Counted from the first letter of the stretch, positions 40,357 through 51,327 are shown. The stretch: 60,853 nt of DNA from an uncultured Christensenella sp. (GCA_949287685.1 CASEHF010000004.1:1-60853), one strand, 5' to 3'. The notes: generated by a model not told the origin, from the letters alone. A program made the numbers and translations.

Positions 40357-41519
40357 TGCGTTATATTTTACCAGATTACACAAATTGCTGTGTAAATCTT
40401 ATGAATTCGATTGCACAGCACTTTAACCTAAAACCTACGCACCCCACCCTCGCCGTTGCGGATGAGATACTAAAGCGGGGGTATAAAAATATAGTCGTGC
40501 TACTACTCGATGGTTTTGGGCAGAATTTATTAATGGAGCGACTCCCATTCGACTCCTTTTTGCGCAAGCACTTTGTGCAAGAGTTGAGTGCGGTATATCC
40601 GAGTAGCACAGTTCCAGCGACTGTGAGTTTTAAAACGGGATTAACTCCGCTCGAGCACGGCTGGTGGTCGCACTTTTTGTACTTCAAAATGCTAGGACAG
40701 ACTATCAATGTGTACACCAATAACGATGCATTCAGCCGAAAAAGCGTGCCGCTACCCGATGTGGCGCACCGCGTGATGCCGTATACCAACATACTCGACC
40801 TCGCTACCGAGAAAAACGGCGCTGATTTTAAGGCATATGTATTGTGCGAGGCGAAGGCTCGAGATGATTTTGGCGTTTTTCAAGTGACATACAACACTTT
40901 TGATGAAATGAGTGAGTATATCACCACTCTCTCCTCGCTCGGTGGCAGGCGCTTAATTTACGCATATCATAGTTACCCCGATGAAAAGATGCACAAGGTA
41001 GGCGTGCGCTCAGATGAGACCGATAAATTACTGATTGATTTAAATTACCAAGTGGAAAACTTGTGCAAATCTTGTCCTGACACACTATTTTTTATCACTG
41101 CCGACCACGGTCAAACGGAACTGAGAGAATCGCGCGACATACTCGATTATCCTGATTTATTCGACTGTTTGACCATGCTACCAAACGGATGCAGTAGATG
41201 TGCAAATCTATTTGTAAAGCGTGGCAGAGAGCGTGAATTTGAAAAGTTGACAAAAAGGTATTTTAGTGATAAATTTATATTGTTTAGCCGAAAAGAAGTC
41301 CTAGAAAAGGGCTTACTTGGGACTGGGAAAATGCACCCCGAACTAGACAATACTTTAGGAGACTACCTCCTATGTGCGACTGGGGACTGTAATCTAGTTT
41401 CGGGTTCATTGTACGGGCTACCCTCTGCCCAGCCCTTAGGGATTCACGGAGGGCTGACACTCGATGAAATGCGCGTGCCTCTCATAATTTACGGCGACAG
41501 AGACAATATGGAGAAATAA
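40356..41519 (+). CDS. Alkaline phosphatase superfamily nucleotide pyrophosphatase/phosphodiesterase
   Basis: LLLDGFG, YPSST, PDEKMH, TADHG and HGGLT motifs. Confidence 0.88.
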   Translation: MRYILPDYTNCCVNLMNSIAQHFNLKPTHPTLAVADEILKRGYKNIVVLLLDGFGQNLLMERLPFDSFLRKHFVQELSAVYPSSTVPATVSFKTGLTPLEHGWWSHFLYFKMLGQTINVYTNNDAFSRKSVPLPDVAHRVMPYTNILDLATEKNGADFKAYVLCEAKARDDFGVFQVTYNTFDEMSEYITTLSSLGGRRLIYAYHSYPDEKMHKVGVRSDETDKLLIDLNYQVENLCKSCPDTLFFITADHGQTELRESRDILDYPDLFDCLTMLPNGCSRCANLFVKRGREREFEKLTKRYFSDKFILFSRKEVLEKGLLGTGKMHPELDNTLGDYLLCATGDCNLVSGSLYGLPSAQPLGIHGGLTLDEMRVPLIIYGDRDNMEK

Positions 41520-41966
41520 ATGAATAAGGATGTTGTATTTCAGGGACTAAAGTTTTTAGGGTTTTCAATCACCGCTGGTATAATTCAAATTGGGACATTT
41601 ACTCTAATGAACGAGTTAATGACTGTCCCCTACTGGCCAGCATATCTCACTTCGCTAATTTTATCAATTTTATATAACTTTACACTAAACCGCAAATTTA
41701 CATTCAAATCGCATAATAATATACCTTTTGCGATGTTTTTAGTACTATGCTACTATGCTGTATTTACACCATTGTCTACCCTATGGGGCGATGCGCTCAC
41801 TAATATTGGATGGAATGAATACATAGTACTCGGCGGCACTATGATAATAAACTTTGTGACTGAGTTCTTGTACCAAAAGTTTGTGGTATTCCGTGTAAAG
41901 AACAAAGAGATTTTAATACAAAAATCCACAGCCTCAAACGAAACTGTGGAATCAGTAAACGAATAG
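41520..41966 (+). CDS. GtrA family membrane protein
   Basis: YNFTLNRKFTFKS and EFLYQKFVVF motifs. Confidence 0.88.
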   Translation: MNKDVVFQGLKFLGFSITAGIIQIGTFTLMNELMTVPYWPAYLTSLILSILYNFTLNRKFTFKSHNNIPFAMFLVLCYYAVFTPLSTLWGDALTNIGWNEYIVLGGTMIINFVTEFLYQKFVVFRVKNKEILIQKSTASNETVESVNE

Positions 41967-42061
41967 TGCGTAGCCGCAGTGCGTGGGCGCACTCCCGATA
42001 TAATGTAAATAAGGGTATTCGCTTTGTATGATGTTTGTGATTTGTTTGGAGTGTTTTAAGC

Positions 42062-42157
42062 GGAATAGACCCTTCGGGCAGCGTATTGCTAAGTATTCCT
42101 AATGTTACCTTTCACTCTACGCTGAGTTACGAAGGCTTCGCACCGAGGTCGAGGCTC
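42062..42157 (+). repeat. Family A element with an internal hairpin module
   Basis: Aligns with 12519-12595 and ends in GGTCGAGGCTC. Confidence 0.8.
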
Positions 42158-42210
42158 GAAATGCCCCCAATTTTATTAGTATTTTCACGATACACTACGA
42201 GTTTAACATA

Positions 42211-42810
42211 CTAAATGGCATTGATTAGTTCAATACTAGAATCAATGCTATTTTTATTTTTGCCGCCATACCCCCAACCGACTTGAATAAATCGAATTTC
42301 ATTTTCCGCGGCAGAAGTTTTGTCAAACTCGGTATCCCCTATCATAATGGTATTTTCTTTGTCCAACGAGTATTCTGTAATAATTCGCCGAATAATCTCA
42401 GTCTTACTAATGGCGGGAGTAGCAACATTATCTCCGCCAATAGCAAAAAAGTACTCAAAAATCCCCAATGCCCTAAGTTCGCGCTCGACAATATCAGCAA
42501 GTTGCAGACTCGCCACAAAGAGTCTATGCTTTTGGCTCAATACGGGTAATGCCTCTAAGACCTCCTTGAAAACACATATTCCCTCGATTTTTGCAGTCTT
42601 AAACAAAGAATTGTAGTATTCGAGTGCGTTTTGCGCAGAGTTCTTGCCTAAAAATCTAGTGAAAGTGTCTATTAATGGTGGACCAATCAAGGTCACAAAA
42701 TCGACATTAGGTGCACACCCAAAATGCGAAAAGACCTGCTTTAACATATTTATTTGCAACTCTTTACTATCGATAAGAGTGCCATCCAAATCAAAAATTA
42801 TATTTTTCAT
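42211..42810 (-). CDS. HAD-family hydrolase (phosphoglycolate phosphatase-like)
   Basis: IFDLDGTLIDS and MIGDTEFD motifs. Confidence 0.9.
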   Translation of the reverse strand: MKNIIFDLDGTLIDSKELQINMLKQVFSHFGCAPNVDFVTLIGPPLIDTFTRFLGKNSAQNALEYYNSLFKTAKIEGICVFKEVLEALPVLSQKHRLFVASLQLADIVERELRALGIFEYFFAIGGDNVATPAISKTEIIRRIITEYSLDKENTIMIGDTEFDKTSAAENEIRFIQVGWGYGGKNKNSIDSSIELINAI

Positions 42811-44423
42811 TACATAACATCTTTTTCTGTTAATCGTGTAAATAGTGGCTCAATTGTACCAAAATCGCGGTCACAATCTACGCTAGTGTACTCCCATTTT
42901 GCCTTATCAAGACCTAAAAAGTCGCGAATTTTCTTAGCAGCAAAAGGCATAAAGGGGTCAATCAGGTTACCTAGGTTTGCTATAATCTGGACACAGGTAT
43001 ATATCACATCGTTAAATTTCGCCTTATCCTCTTTAAATAACTTCCACGGCTCTTGCGTGTCGTAGTACTTGTTACCTATGTCGACCAACTCCATAACTTT
43101 ACCTAAGGCATCCTTAAAGTTTGCGCCCAAAATACAGTCACCGACCTTACTGTAGGTGTTGATTATCTCGGTACGGATACTCTCATCTATTTTGCCGCTA
43201 GGCAGGTACCCTTCTAGCCCCTTAAATTTTAGCGTACGATTTACAAAATTCCCGAATTTGTTTACAATCTCGCCATTGTGGACTGCGTGATAATCGGCAA
43301 AAGTGAAGTTACTATCGCGCTTTTCGGGACCGTTTGCTATACAAAAGTATCTCAAACTATCCGCATCAAATTTTGCGAGCATATCGAGCATCGGCCAGCC
43401 ATTTCCTTTGCTTTTACTGATTTTTTCGCCATCAATATTTAAAAATTCACTACTTACACAATGCTCAGGCATCAAAAAGCGCGAATCGGTAGCCATTAAG
43501 AGCGCGGGGAAAATAATCGTGTGGAATACGATATTGTCCTTACCGTGGCACATATACACTAGATTTTCGTGGTCGCTAGACTTAAACCACCAGTCGTGCC
43601 AATCGAGATTGTGCTCATCGCAATACACCTGCGCCGCGGACACATACCCCCACAGCGCCTCAATCCAAACATAAATGCGTTTGTCATCATATCCCTCAAA
43701 CGGCACCTTTACACCCCAGTTTAAGTCGCGAGTCACTGCGCGGTCCTGCAAGCCCTCATCCAAAAACTTTTCGGTCTCGTTTACAGTATTTTTGCGCCAA
43801 TAGCCTTTGCTTTTGTTAAAATGCTCGCGCAAAGGCGCATCAAACTTCGAGAGTGCAAAATATAAATTTGTGTTGTCGCGGATTTCCGTTTCGCCACCGC
43901 AGATGCGACACTTTGCCTTTAGTAAATCTTTGGTCTGGAACACATAGTCGCAATTCCCGCACTGGTCGCCTTTGCTAATGCTACCGCACTTTGGGCAGAC
44001 CACCTCGACCTCGCGGTCATAAACAAATTTGTTGCACTTTGGGCAAAAACTAGCGGGCTCAGTCTTAGAATAAATATAGCCGTGCTCCTTGAGAGTGCGC
44101 ACCATTTGCTGCACCTTTTCAGCGTGATACGGAGTTGTAGTCATGGTATAATAGTCATAACTCATACCTAGTTTACGGAAAACCTCAACATACTGCTCGT
44201 GATAGTGAGTGACAATCTCAGTAGGAGTCTTACCCTCTCTAATGGCGCGCTCTGTTGTGGGAGTGCCGTGGCAGTCAGTACCACTCACCATTAACACATC
44301 ATCTCCCGCAGCACGGTGGTATCTAGCGAGGACATCTCCAGGAATATACGCAGAAACATGCCCTAAGTGAATGTCACTATTTGCGTATGTCCACGCGATA
44401 CCGATTAATACTTTTTTATTCAT
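42810..44423 (-). CDS. metG: Methionyl-tRNA synthetase, MetRS2-type, no C-terminal dimerisation domain
   Basis: AWTYANSDIHLGH, SGTDCHG, four CxxC motifs, GKDNIVFH and KISKS. Confidence 0.95.
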   Translation of the reverse strand: MNKKVLIGIAWTYANSDIHLGHVSAYIPGDVLARYHRAAGDDVLMVSGTDCHGTPTTERAIREGKTPTEIVTHYHEQYVEVFRKLGMSYDYYTMTTTPYHAEKVQQMVRTLKEHGYIYSKTEPASFCPKCNKFVYDREVEVVCPKCGSISKGDQCGNCDYVFQTKDLLKAKCRICGGETEIRDNTNLYFALSKFDAPLREHFNKSKGYWRKNTVNETEKFLDEGLQDRAVTRDLNWGVKVPFEGYDDKRIYVWIEALWGYVSAAQVYCDEHNLDWHDWWFKSSDHENLVYMCHGKDNIVFHTIIFPALLMATDSRFLMPEHCVSSEFLNIDGEKISKSKGNGWPMLDMLAKFDADSLRYFCIANGPEKRDSNFTFADYHAVHNGEIVNKFGNFVNRTLKFKGLEGYLPSGKIDESIRTEIINTYSKVGDCILGANFKDALGKVMELVDIGNKYYDTQEPWKLFKEDKAKFNDVIYTCVQIIANLGNLIDPFMPFAAKKIRDFLGLDKAKWEYTSVDCDRDFGTIEPLFTRLTEKDVM

Positions 44424-44479
44424 AAAACACCTCTTTTATATTTTACCAAATCATATACTTTTTACAAAACAAAATACGC

Positions 44480-45892
44480 CTAAATCCTCGATTGAGATAA
44501 ATTCTCCTGCTTTATACCAGCGATTCCGTTCTTAGCAATGCCCAAGATTTGATTGTACATTATGTCGACATTAGGTTCGTTTTTTGCCTCTATTTTCAAT
44601 AGCGCTCTACGGCTAACCTCATCGAGCCCGATTTCGGAACAATACTGCTTTAGGGTAAACAAAATATAGTCATTTGCCTCCTTGAAGTCCTCGATATCCT
44701 CGGCACTCGGATTGATAGTGTATTGCTTTTGCAAATCAATGAGATTCTTTAACTTCATAATATTGTTTAGCCTATCACGCTCGCCATTTGGGGTAATAAA
44801 TTCGGTATCCACGAAACGAGTAGTGTTGGCCTTTTTGTCTATTACCATACGGGCGTTGAATAGCGACCCCGACCGCATTCCTTGGCTTTTCTCTATATTG
44901 TTAACAGGAATCAAAAAATCTCTCGAAAATGAATCGAGGCAAAGCAAATGTAGGTAATTGCGCTTGTCCCCGCGTGCAGTCGTTTGAGAACATTCTGCAA
45001 TGACTAAATAACTCAACACATTGCCAGTGCGCTTGAAAACCTCTGGCAAAACCGTTTTTGCGCATAGTTTGGGATTATTTAGGCGGGTATCTAAGCGCTT
45101 TAATTTGCATAAATCAGACAAACTGCGCATAGTCCTGCTATCAAAATAGAACAAGTCTGCCTTCTCTACCGTTTTGTTAAAGTCGTTATATTTTAATCCT
45201 AAAGAGGGGTCGTACTTTATTTTAGACACGGGTATTTCATCAATATAATGCATCTTAATCCCCGAGGAAATTGTGTCGAGCACGGTTTTAGTAATGGCGT
45301 AATATTTATCTAAATTTCCGTAAATGGACAGTGTTTGAAACTTAACAAGTTCGGCAATTTGATTTGATACTGCTAGGTTATAGTCGGCATCGTTAAACTC
45401 GAGATTGTAGTAGTAATTATCAAGCGCAAGAGTGACCGCATCGAGAGCATTGTATAGCGCTTGGTCGCTAATCTCTGGGTCCAGCACATCGCATACCTCA
45501 TAATAACAATCAACAAAATGCTTGAGCATTTTCAAATTGTTAGAAGGATTTTTACTATTATATCTAATATTTAGTATCGGGTCAGCCCTGCCCTTTTCCC
45601 AGTGCATATTCAAAATCGCGCCAGTCTTAAAACGCTCTGCACGAGTAGATTTAATTCTACCCAGTCTATACCTATATTGCTCGGCGGGATTGAGGACATT
45701 TGCGAGTTCTATATAATAAATACCATCTTTATCATATCCAGAATTAATAATAATGCCATTATAGTTGTCATTTTGCAAGCTATCGAGAATTGCAAAAGCA
45801 GCCTCATTCTTTTCACTAATATCACCTAGACAATCGTAGAACTCACGCTCTGATTTCAACAGTTCTTTCCGCAAATCTACAAGTTCTTTCAT
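44480..45892 (-). CDS. Hypothetical soluble protein (470 aa)
   Basis: GAGGCGG RBS; promoter TTGACA-17-TATAAT at 45924-45952; no family recognised. Confidence 0.8.
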   Translation of the reverse strand: MKELVDLRKELLKSEREFYDCLGDISEKNEAAFAILDSLQNDNYNGIIINSGYDKDGIYYIELANVLNPAEQYRYRLGRIKSTRAERFKTGAILNMHWEKGRADPILNIRYNSKNPSNNLKMLKHFVDCYYEVCDVLDPEISDQALYNALDAVTLALDNYYYNLEFNDADYNLAVSNQIAELVKFQTLSIYGNLDKYYAITKTVLDTISSGIKMHYIDEIPVSKIKYDPSLGLKYNDFNKTVEKADLFYFDSRTMRSLSDLCKLKRLDTRLNNPKLCAKTVLPEVFKRTGNVLSYLVIAECSQTTARGDKRNYLHLLCLDSFSRDFLIPVNNIEKSQGMRSGSLFNARMVIDKKANTTRFVDTEFITPNGERDRLNNIMKLKNLIDLQKQYTINPSAEDIEDFKEANDYILFTLKQYCSEIGLDEVSRRALLKIEAKNEPNVDIMYNQILGIAKNGIAGIKQENLSQSRI

Positions 45893-46201
45893 AACCGCCT
45901 CTCTTGTAACATTTTGTAGATTGATTATACCAAAAATTGCTAGATATGTCAATATAAAAAGCAAATCACAATTTGGGTTTAGAGTGTGTGGTTGCTTAAC
46001 GGTTTGTACATAGATGTTTAAGAGGAATAGACCCTTCGGGGCGAAGCCGCAGTGCGGGTGTATTTTTGCTGATTTTGGGTCGCTTTGAATTTGATTTTAT
46101 CTTTAAACAGAGTCAAAACAAATAAGTACTAGCAAAATATTTGCGTTTTATGTGGAATATTGTTATAATAAAATACAAGTTGTATTTTAATGAGGTTTAA
46201 T

Positions 46202-47479
46202 ATGTTAAAAATCGTGCCTGTTAATAATAAAAGTTTGCTTAGAAAATTTGTGTCGTACCCCTTAGAGTTATACAAAGATTGCCCATACTATGTGCCTGCA
46301 TTGTACGATGATGAACTCAAGGCACTCGACCCAAACAAGAGCGTACACCAGGGTCCAGATGCGACTGCGCAATGCTTCTTGTGCTACAAAGATGATAAAA
46401 TTGTCGGGCGAATTTGCGGTATAATTAGCAACCTTTACAACGAAAAGAACAACGCCCACCGTGTGCGCATTAGCCGCTTTGACTGTATAGATGATATAGA
46501 GGTCGCACGGGCGCTTTTTGGCGCGGTCGAAAAATGGGGGCTACACCACGGTATGACTACTATTCACGGCCCTCTTGGGTTTAACGACCTAGAGCGCGAG
46601 GGCTTGCTAATTGAGGGCTTTGATAAAAATCCTACTTTTGAATCAAACTACAACTTCCCCTACTACCAGCATTTATTCGAGGACTTAGGCTATACAAAAG
46701 AGGTCGACTGGATCGAATTTCAAATACCTATGCCCGATGAAATTGGCGAGCGCAACACGCGGATTTCTAAAATCGTGAGCAAACGCCTAAAAATTCATGA
46801 GGTCGAGGTGAAAAGTGTCGGGTGGCTAGTAGATAATTATGCAGGGAAAATTTTCGACCTCTTAGATGAGGCGTATGGAATTTTATATAGCACGGTGCCG
46901 ATTACTGCGCGCGTGCGAAAAAGCCTAATTCCGCAATTCAAACTCGTGCTAAACAAAAACCTGATTAGTGTGCTGGTCGATGAAAATGACAAAGTCGTAG
47001 CGTTTGGACTGGTGTTCCCTAGCATTGCTGAAGGTGTACAGAAGGCAAAAGGGCGACTATTTCCATTCGGCTGGATACCCGTGCTTAAGTCGATAAAGCA
47101 CTTTGATGTAGTAGACTTTGCACTGATTGCAGTACATCCTGACTATCAGGACAAAGGATTAACCTCCATAATATTCCATAATATGCTCGAGCGCCTAAAG
47201 AAACTCGGGGTAAAAATGGCAGAGACCAACCTACAACTCGAGGAAAATGAAAAAGTACAACAATTATTCCTGCCATTCAACCCACACTTAGCGCGCCGCA
47301 GAAGGTGTTATGCAAAGAGTCTAATTGGTAAAGAATTAAAGTTAGACAAACCTATAAATAAAAATGCGAAAAAACTAAAAAAGACCACCGCGCCCGCAAA
47401 AAAATCGCACAAACTCTCACTTAGACATCATTTAAAAACCAAAAAGAAATTAAACAAGCCACTAATAACAAATGAATAA
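46202..47479 (+). CDS. GNAT-family N-acetyltransferase with a Lys-rich tail
   Basis: GRICGI, GPLGFNDLEREG, YNFPYY and VHPDYQDKG motifs. Confidence 0.8.
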   Translation: MLKIVPVNNKSLLRKFVSYPLELYKDCPYYVPALYDDELKALDPNKSVHQGPDATAQCFLCYKDDKIVGRICGIISNLYNEKNNAHRVRISRFDCIDDIEVARALFGAVEKWGLHHGMTTIHGPLGFNDLEREGLLIEGFDKNPTFESNYNFPYYQHLFEDLGYTKEVDWIEFQIPMPDEIGERNTRISKIVSKRLKIHEVEVKSVGWLVDNYAGKIFDLLDEAYGILYSTVPITARVRKSLIPQFKLVLNKNLISVLVDENDKVVAFGLVFPSIAEGVQKAKGRLFPFGWIPVLKSIKHFDVVDFALIAVHPDYQDKGLTSIIFHNMLERLKKLGVKMAETNLQLEENEKVQQLFLPFNPHLARRRRCYAKSLIGKELKLDKPINKNAKKLKKTTAPAKKSHKLSLRHHLKTKKKLNKPLITNE

Positions 47480-47628
47480 AAAAACATCTCTCGTTTGCCA
47501 ACACATAAAAGCAAACTGCTTTTTGTGAGGTTAATCTCGAGATGTTTTTCCTTTATATTTTCATTTTGCGAAGTCTTGTGTCGGTAAAAACTAGGTTTTT
47601 GCCTTAATATTTATTAAACATACCCGCC

Positions 47629-47859
47629 CTACATCACGACTGTCAAAAATATTGCCACGCCAAAACAGATTATGGATAGCACGAAAAAGCCCCATTTCAT
47701 AGGTCGTACCATATGGTTTTTACCCTTGTTTATTGACAGCGCTAGAAAAAAGAATGTGAATAGCAGTAGTCCCAAAATTATAAAGCCGCGCAATGTGTCA
47801 TCCATTGTCCTAATACCGTTTATCAAGGAACTCCAAACATCACCAAGTAGTGCAATCAT
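47629..47859 (-). CDS. Small two-TM hypothetical membrane protein
   Basis: ATGA-coupled to the gpmI stop; two hydrophobic helices. Confidence 0.7.
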   Translation of the reverse strand: MIALLGDVWSSLINGIRTMDDTLRGFIILGLLLFTFFFLALSINKGKNHMVRPMKWGFFVLSIICFGVAIFLTVVM

Positions 47860-49385
47860 TTCCTATCCCCCATAATTATACTTTTCCCTGTCATTTCGGC
47901 AGGTTGATAAACATCCATTAATTGTAGCACAGTTGGCGCGAAACAGTCAAGAGCAAACTTGCCCTTGGTAAACCGCCTTGTCTTATCTGTCAATATAAAT
48001 GGCACAGGGTTTAGCGTGTGAGTCGTGCTTCTACCGTTTGCGGTACGCATATCCTCGATATTGCCGTGGTCTGCGGTGATAATGCACTGGTACCCTGCCT
48101 CCATAGCGGCGAGCACGGTCTTCTCTAGCGCCTTATCCAACGCCTCGAGGGCTAGTACCGCTGCATCAAAGTTCCCCGTATGTCCTACCATATCACCATT
48201 ACTGAAATTAATTAGGACAAAGTCGTATAATTTTTTACCAATCTCCTCAGCAGCGATATTTGCAATCTCAGGCGCGCGCATTACAGGAAAATCTGCAAAA
48301 TTGTCGACAAACTTACTCTCGACTAAAATTCGCTTTTCGCCCTTGTACGCCTTTTCGACTCCACCATTAAAGTAATATGTAACATGAGCATACTTCGTGG
48401 TCTCGGCAAGTTTTAGTTGCTTGAACCCGAGTTTTGAAAGTCTTTCCGAAAGCGTGTTTTTAGGAATTTCGGGACCAAAAATAAAGGGGAGATTTTGCTG
48501 CTTTTCATCGTACCTACACATACTCGTAGCACGAATTTTCGGCATATTTTTACGATTAAAGCACACAAAGTCACGACTAGCAAACGCCGCAGAAATTTGG
48601 CGCATACGGTCGGGGCGGAAATTAAAGAAAAATATTTCATCGCCATTCTTTAGCCCCTCGTACGAGCCAATCACAAAGGGCGGCATAAACTCATCGCTGA
48701 TTTTACGATTGTAGGTCTTTTGAAAAGCATCGTAGATACCGCTAGTGCGAGTACCAACGCCATAAGTGATTAAATCAAATGCCACTTGGGTACGGTTCCA
48801 CCGCTCCTCCCTATCCATTGCATAAAATCTACCAACTATTGTAGCGATTTTACCCACGCCTAATTTACCGAGTTCGACCTCGATTTCCTCGACAAAGTGT
48901 CGACCGCTGTCGGGCTTTGTATCCCTGCCATCAGTAAAGCAATGCACACAGATATCCCTAACTCCTGCGCGCACGGCGAGATTTAGTAGATACTTTAGAT
49001 GCGCAATACTACTATGCACTCCGCCATCGCTAACCAGTCCAGCGAAATGCAGAGTCGTACCCTTTGTAATTACGCGCTCAAACATTTCATCTAGTGTCGA
49101 ATTAAGGCTCAGGGACTTATCTTTAATCGCATTATTAATACGCATATAGTCCTGGTACACGACCCTGCCAGCGCCGAGGTTAATATGTCCTACTTCGCTA
49201 TTTCCCATTTGCCCCTCGGGTAATCCTACAGCCTCCTCACTAGCGCTAATAAACGCGTGTGGAAACTCCCTAAGCAACCTATTATAAAAGGGCATTTTAG
49301 CGACCTTCATAGGATTACCCTCGGCTTCCTCTCGGTATCCTACACCATCTAAAATAATACCTACTACTCCTACTTTCGCCTTCAT
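47856..49385 (-). CDS. gpmI: 2,3-bisphosphoglycerate-independent phosphoglycerate mutase
   Basis: MGNSEVGH, SDGGVHS, DMVGHTG and TADHGN motifs. Confidence 0.96.
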   Translation of the reverse strand: MKAKVGVVGIILDGVGYREEAEGNPMKVAKMPFYNRLLREFPHAFISASEEAVGLPEGQMGNSEVGHINLGAGRVVYQDYMRINNAIKDKSLSLNSTLDEMFERVITKGTTLHFAGLVSDGGVHSSIAHLKYLLNLAVRAGVRDICVHCFTDGRDTKPDSGRHFVEEIEVELGKLGVGKIATIVGRFYAMDREERWNRTQVAFDLITYGVGTRTSGIYDAFQKTYNRKISDEFMPPFVIGSYEGLKNGDEIFFFNFRPDRMRQISAAFASRDFVCFNRKNMPKIRATSMCRYDEKQQNLPFIFGPEIPKNTLSERLSKLGFKQLKLAETTKYAHVTYYFNGGVEKAYKGEKRILVESKFVDNFADFPVMRAPEIANIAAEEIGKKLYDFVLINFSNGDMVGHTGNFDAAVLALEALDKALEKTVLAAMEAGYQCIITADHGNIEDMRTANGRSTTHTLNPVPFILTDKTRRFTKGKFALDCFAPTVLQLMDVYQPAEMTGKSIIMGDRK

Positions 49386-49395
49386 TTATTTCCTC

Positions 49396-50127
49396 CTAAA
49401 ACAAACTCGAAGCAATTTGCACAAACTTGTCCGCATCGAGACTCGCGCCACCAATCAGCGCGCCATCCACCTCTGCATTGTGTAAAATCGCATCACTATT
49501 ACTAGGGTTTACGCTACCTCCGTATAAAATAGGTGTGTCATTGTGTCCAAAAATCTTGCGCAATTCCGCACGGATAAAGCCCGCGGTCTCGCGTATTGTC
49601 TCAATGCTCGCGGTCTTTCCCGTGCCTATCGCCCAAACAGGCTCGTACGCTACAATAATATCTTTAGTTTTATCGATACCATCAAGCGCCTTTGTGATTT
49701 GCTTGAGCAAAACCTCTTTAGTACTACCCGCCTCGTACTGCTCCTCGGTCTCGCCAATACACAATAGCGGCATTACATCGTACTGCTGCAACTTTTTAAT
49801 TTTTTCGTTAACCTGCTCATCGGTCTCGTTAAACAATGTACGCCTCTCGCTGTGTCCTACAATGCAAAAATCTAGCCCCACATCACCGAGCATAGATGCC
49901 GACACCTCGCCCGTAAAAGCGCCATTATCGTGCTCAGACACATTTTGCGCACCTATCCACACATAGTCTTGAATTTTTGCCATACCGAGTATATATACAT
50001 ACGGCACAGCAAACCCAAACTGCACATTCCTCTTCCGTGGGATTTTGTACTTTTTAACTCTACGAGTAAACTCCACAATCTCCCCAGCGGACATATTCAT
50101 TTTCCAATTACCAATAATATATTTCAT
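49396..50127 (-). CDS. tpiA: Triosephosphate isomerase
   Basis: GNWKMN, GHSERR and AYEPVWAIGTG motifs. Confidence 0.97.
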   Translation of the reverse strand: MKYIIGNWKMNMSAGEIVEFTRRVKKYKIPRKRNVQFGFAVPYVYILGMAKIQDYVWIGAQNVSEHDNGAFTGEVSASMLGDVGLDFCIVGHSERRTLFNETDEQVNEKIKKLQQYDVMPLLCIGETEEQYEAGSTKEVLLKQITKALDGIDKTKDIIVAYEPVWAIGTGKTASIETIRETAGFIRAELRKIFGHNDTPILYGGSVNPSNSDAILHNAEVDGALIGGASLDADKFVQIASSLF

Positions 50128-50136
50128 AACTTCTCC

Positions 50137-51327
50137 TTATAGTTTTTCACTAATCGCCTGCAATCCTGGTAGCGGTACGCCCTCAATTAGTTTTAACGCC
50201 GCTCCGCCCCCAGTCGACACATGGTTTATTTTATTCTGCAAATTCAACTGCTCAATAGACTTTGCGCTGTCGCCACCACCGACAATAGTGTACGCCTTTG
50301 AGTTAGCAATCGCCATAGCCACTTCATTTGTCCCCTTTGCAAATTTTTGAAATTCGCTAACACCTAGCGGACCATTCCAAAAAATAGTTTTTGCACGGCT
50401 AATGTAGTGCGTAAACAGTTTTATAGTCTTTGGACCGATATCCATACCTATTCCCGTGCGTGGGAATTTTTTGGTACTCGTAATCACCGATTCAGCCGAG
50501 AAATTAAACTCGCCAGTCACTACATGGTCAACAGGCAGAACAAACTTTACATTTTGCTTCTCTGCCTTTTCAATAAGCAATCTCGCTAGTTGTAACTTGT
50601 CCTTTTCTACAATAGATTTACCGACATTGTTCCCTTGCGCACGCAAAAATGTGTACGCCATAGCACCTCCAATCATCACGACATCAGCGACTTCAATCAA
50701 CCTACTAATTAGCCCGATTTTATCCTTTACCTTTGCACCGCCCACGATTACGACAAAGGGGCGCTTTGGATTCTCAAGCGCGGAACCTAGCACCTCGAGT
50801 TCCTTTTCAACGAGCAGTCCCGCACAAGATGGCAAAAACTCAGCAACCTTTGTAGTGGAGGCGTGCGCACGGTGCATTGTCCCAAAGGCATCGTTACAAT
50901 AAATATCCGCAAGAGAAGCCAGTTTTTTAGCAAACTCGGTGTCATTTTCCTCCTCCCCTGGGTCAAAGCGGACATTTTCCATCATCACGATGTCGCCATC
51001 CTTCATAGCGCGGACAAATTTAAAGGTCTCTGGCCCCGCCACATCGCCAGTCAAAATCACAGGGCGCTTTAACAACTCACGCAAGCGCTCCGCAACTGGT
51101 TTTAGCGAAAATTCGGGCTTAACTTTTCCCTCTGGTCTACCCAGGTGGCTAACAATTATGATTTTTGCGCCCTGCTCAATTAGATAATTTAGTGTAGGCA
51201 GGGTCTCACGAATACGCTTGTCATTAGTTATCTGCAGATTTGAGTTAAGCGGGACATTAAAATCTACACGCAGTAGCACCTTTTTCCCTTTTAAATCAAA
51301 ATCGCGCAAAGTTTGTTTATTGAACAT
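50137..51327 (-). CDS. pgk: Phosphoglycerate kinase
   Basis: RVDFNVP, SHLGRP, GGGDS and STGGGA motifs. Confidence 0.98.
   Translation of the reverse strand: MFNKQTLRDFDLKGKKVLLRVDFNVPLNSNLQITNDKRIRETLPTLNYLIEQGAKIIIVSHLGRPEGKVKPEFSLKPVAERLRELLKRPVILTGDVAGPETFKFVRAMKDGDIVMMENVRFDPGEEENDTEFAKKLASLADIYCNDAFGTMHRAHASTTKVAEFLPSCAGLLVEKELEVLGSALENPKRPFVVIVGGAKVKDKIGLISRLIEVADVVMIGGAMAYTFLRAQGNNVGKSIVEKDKLQLARLLIEKAEKQNVKFVLPVDHVVTGEFNFSAESVITSTKKFPRTGIGMDIGPKTIKLFTHYISRAKTIFWNGPLGVSEFQKFAKGTNEVAMAIANSKAYTIVGGGDSAKSIEQLNLQNKINHVSTGGGAALKLIEGVPLPGLQAISEKL

Noticed and set aside
47629-47859. secG (similar size and position after glycolytic genes)
   Set aside because: Lacks the LLQ..K..GL.G SecG loop motif
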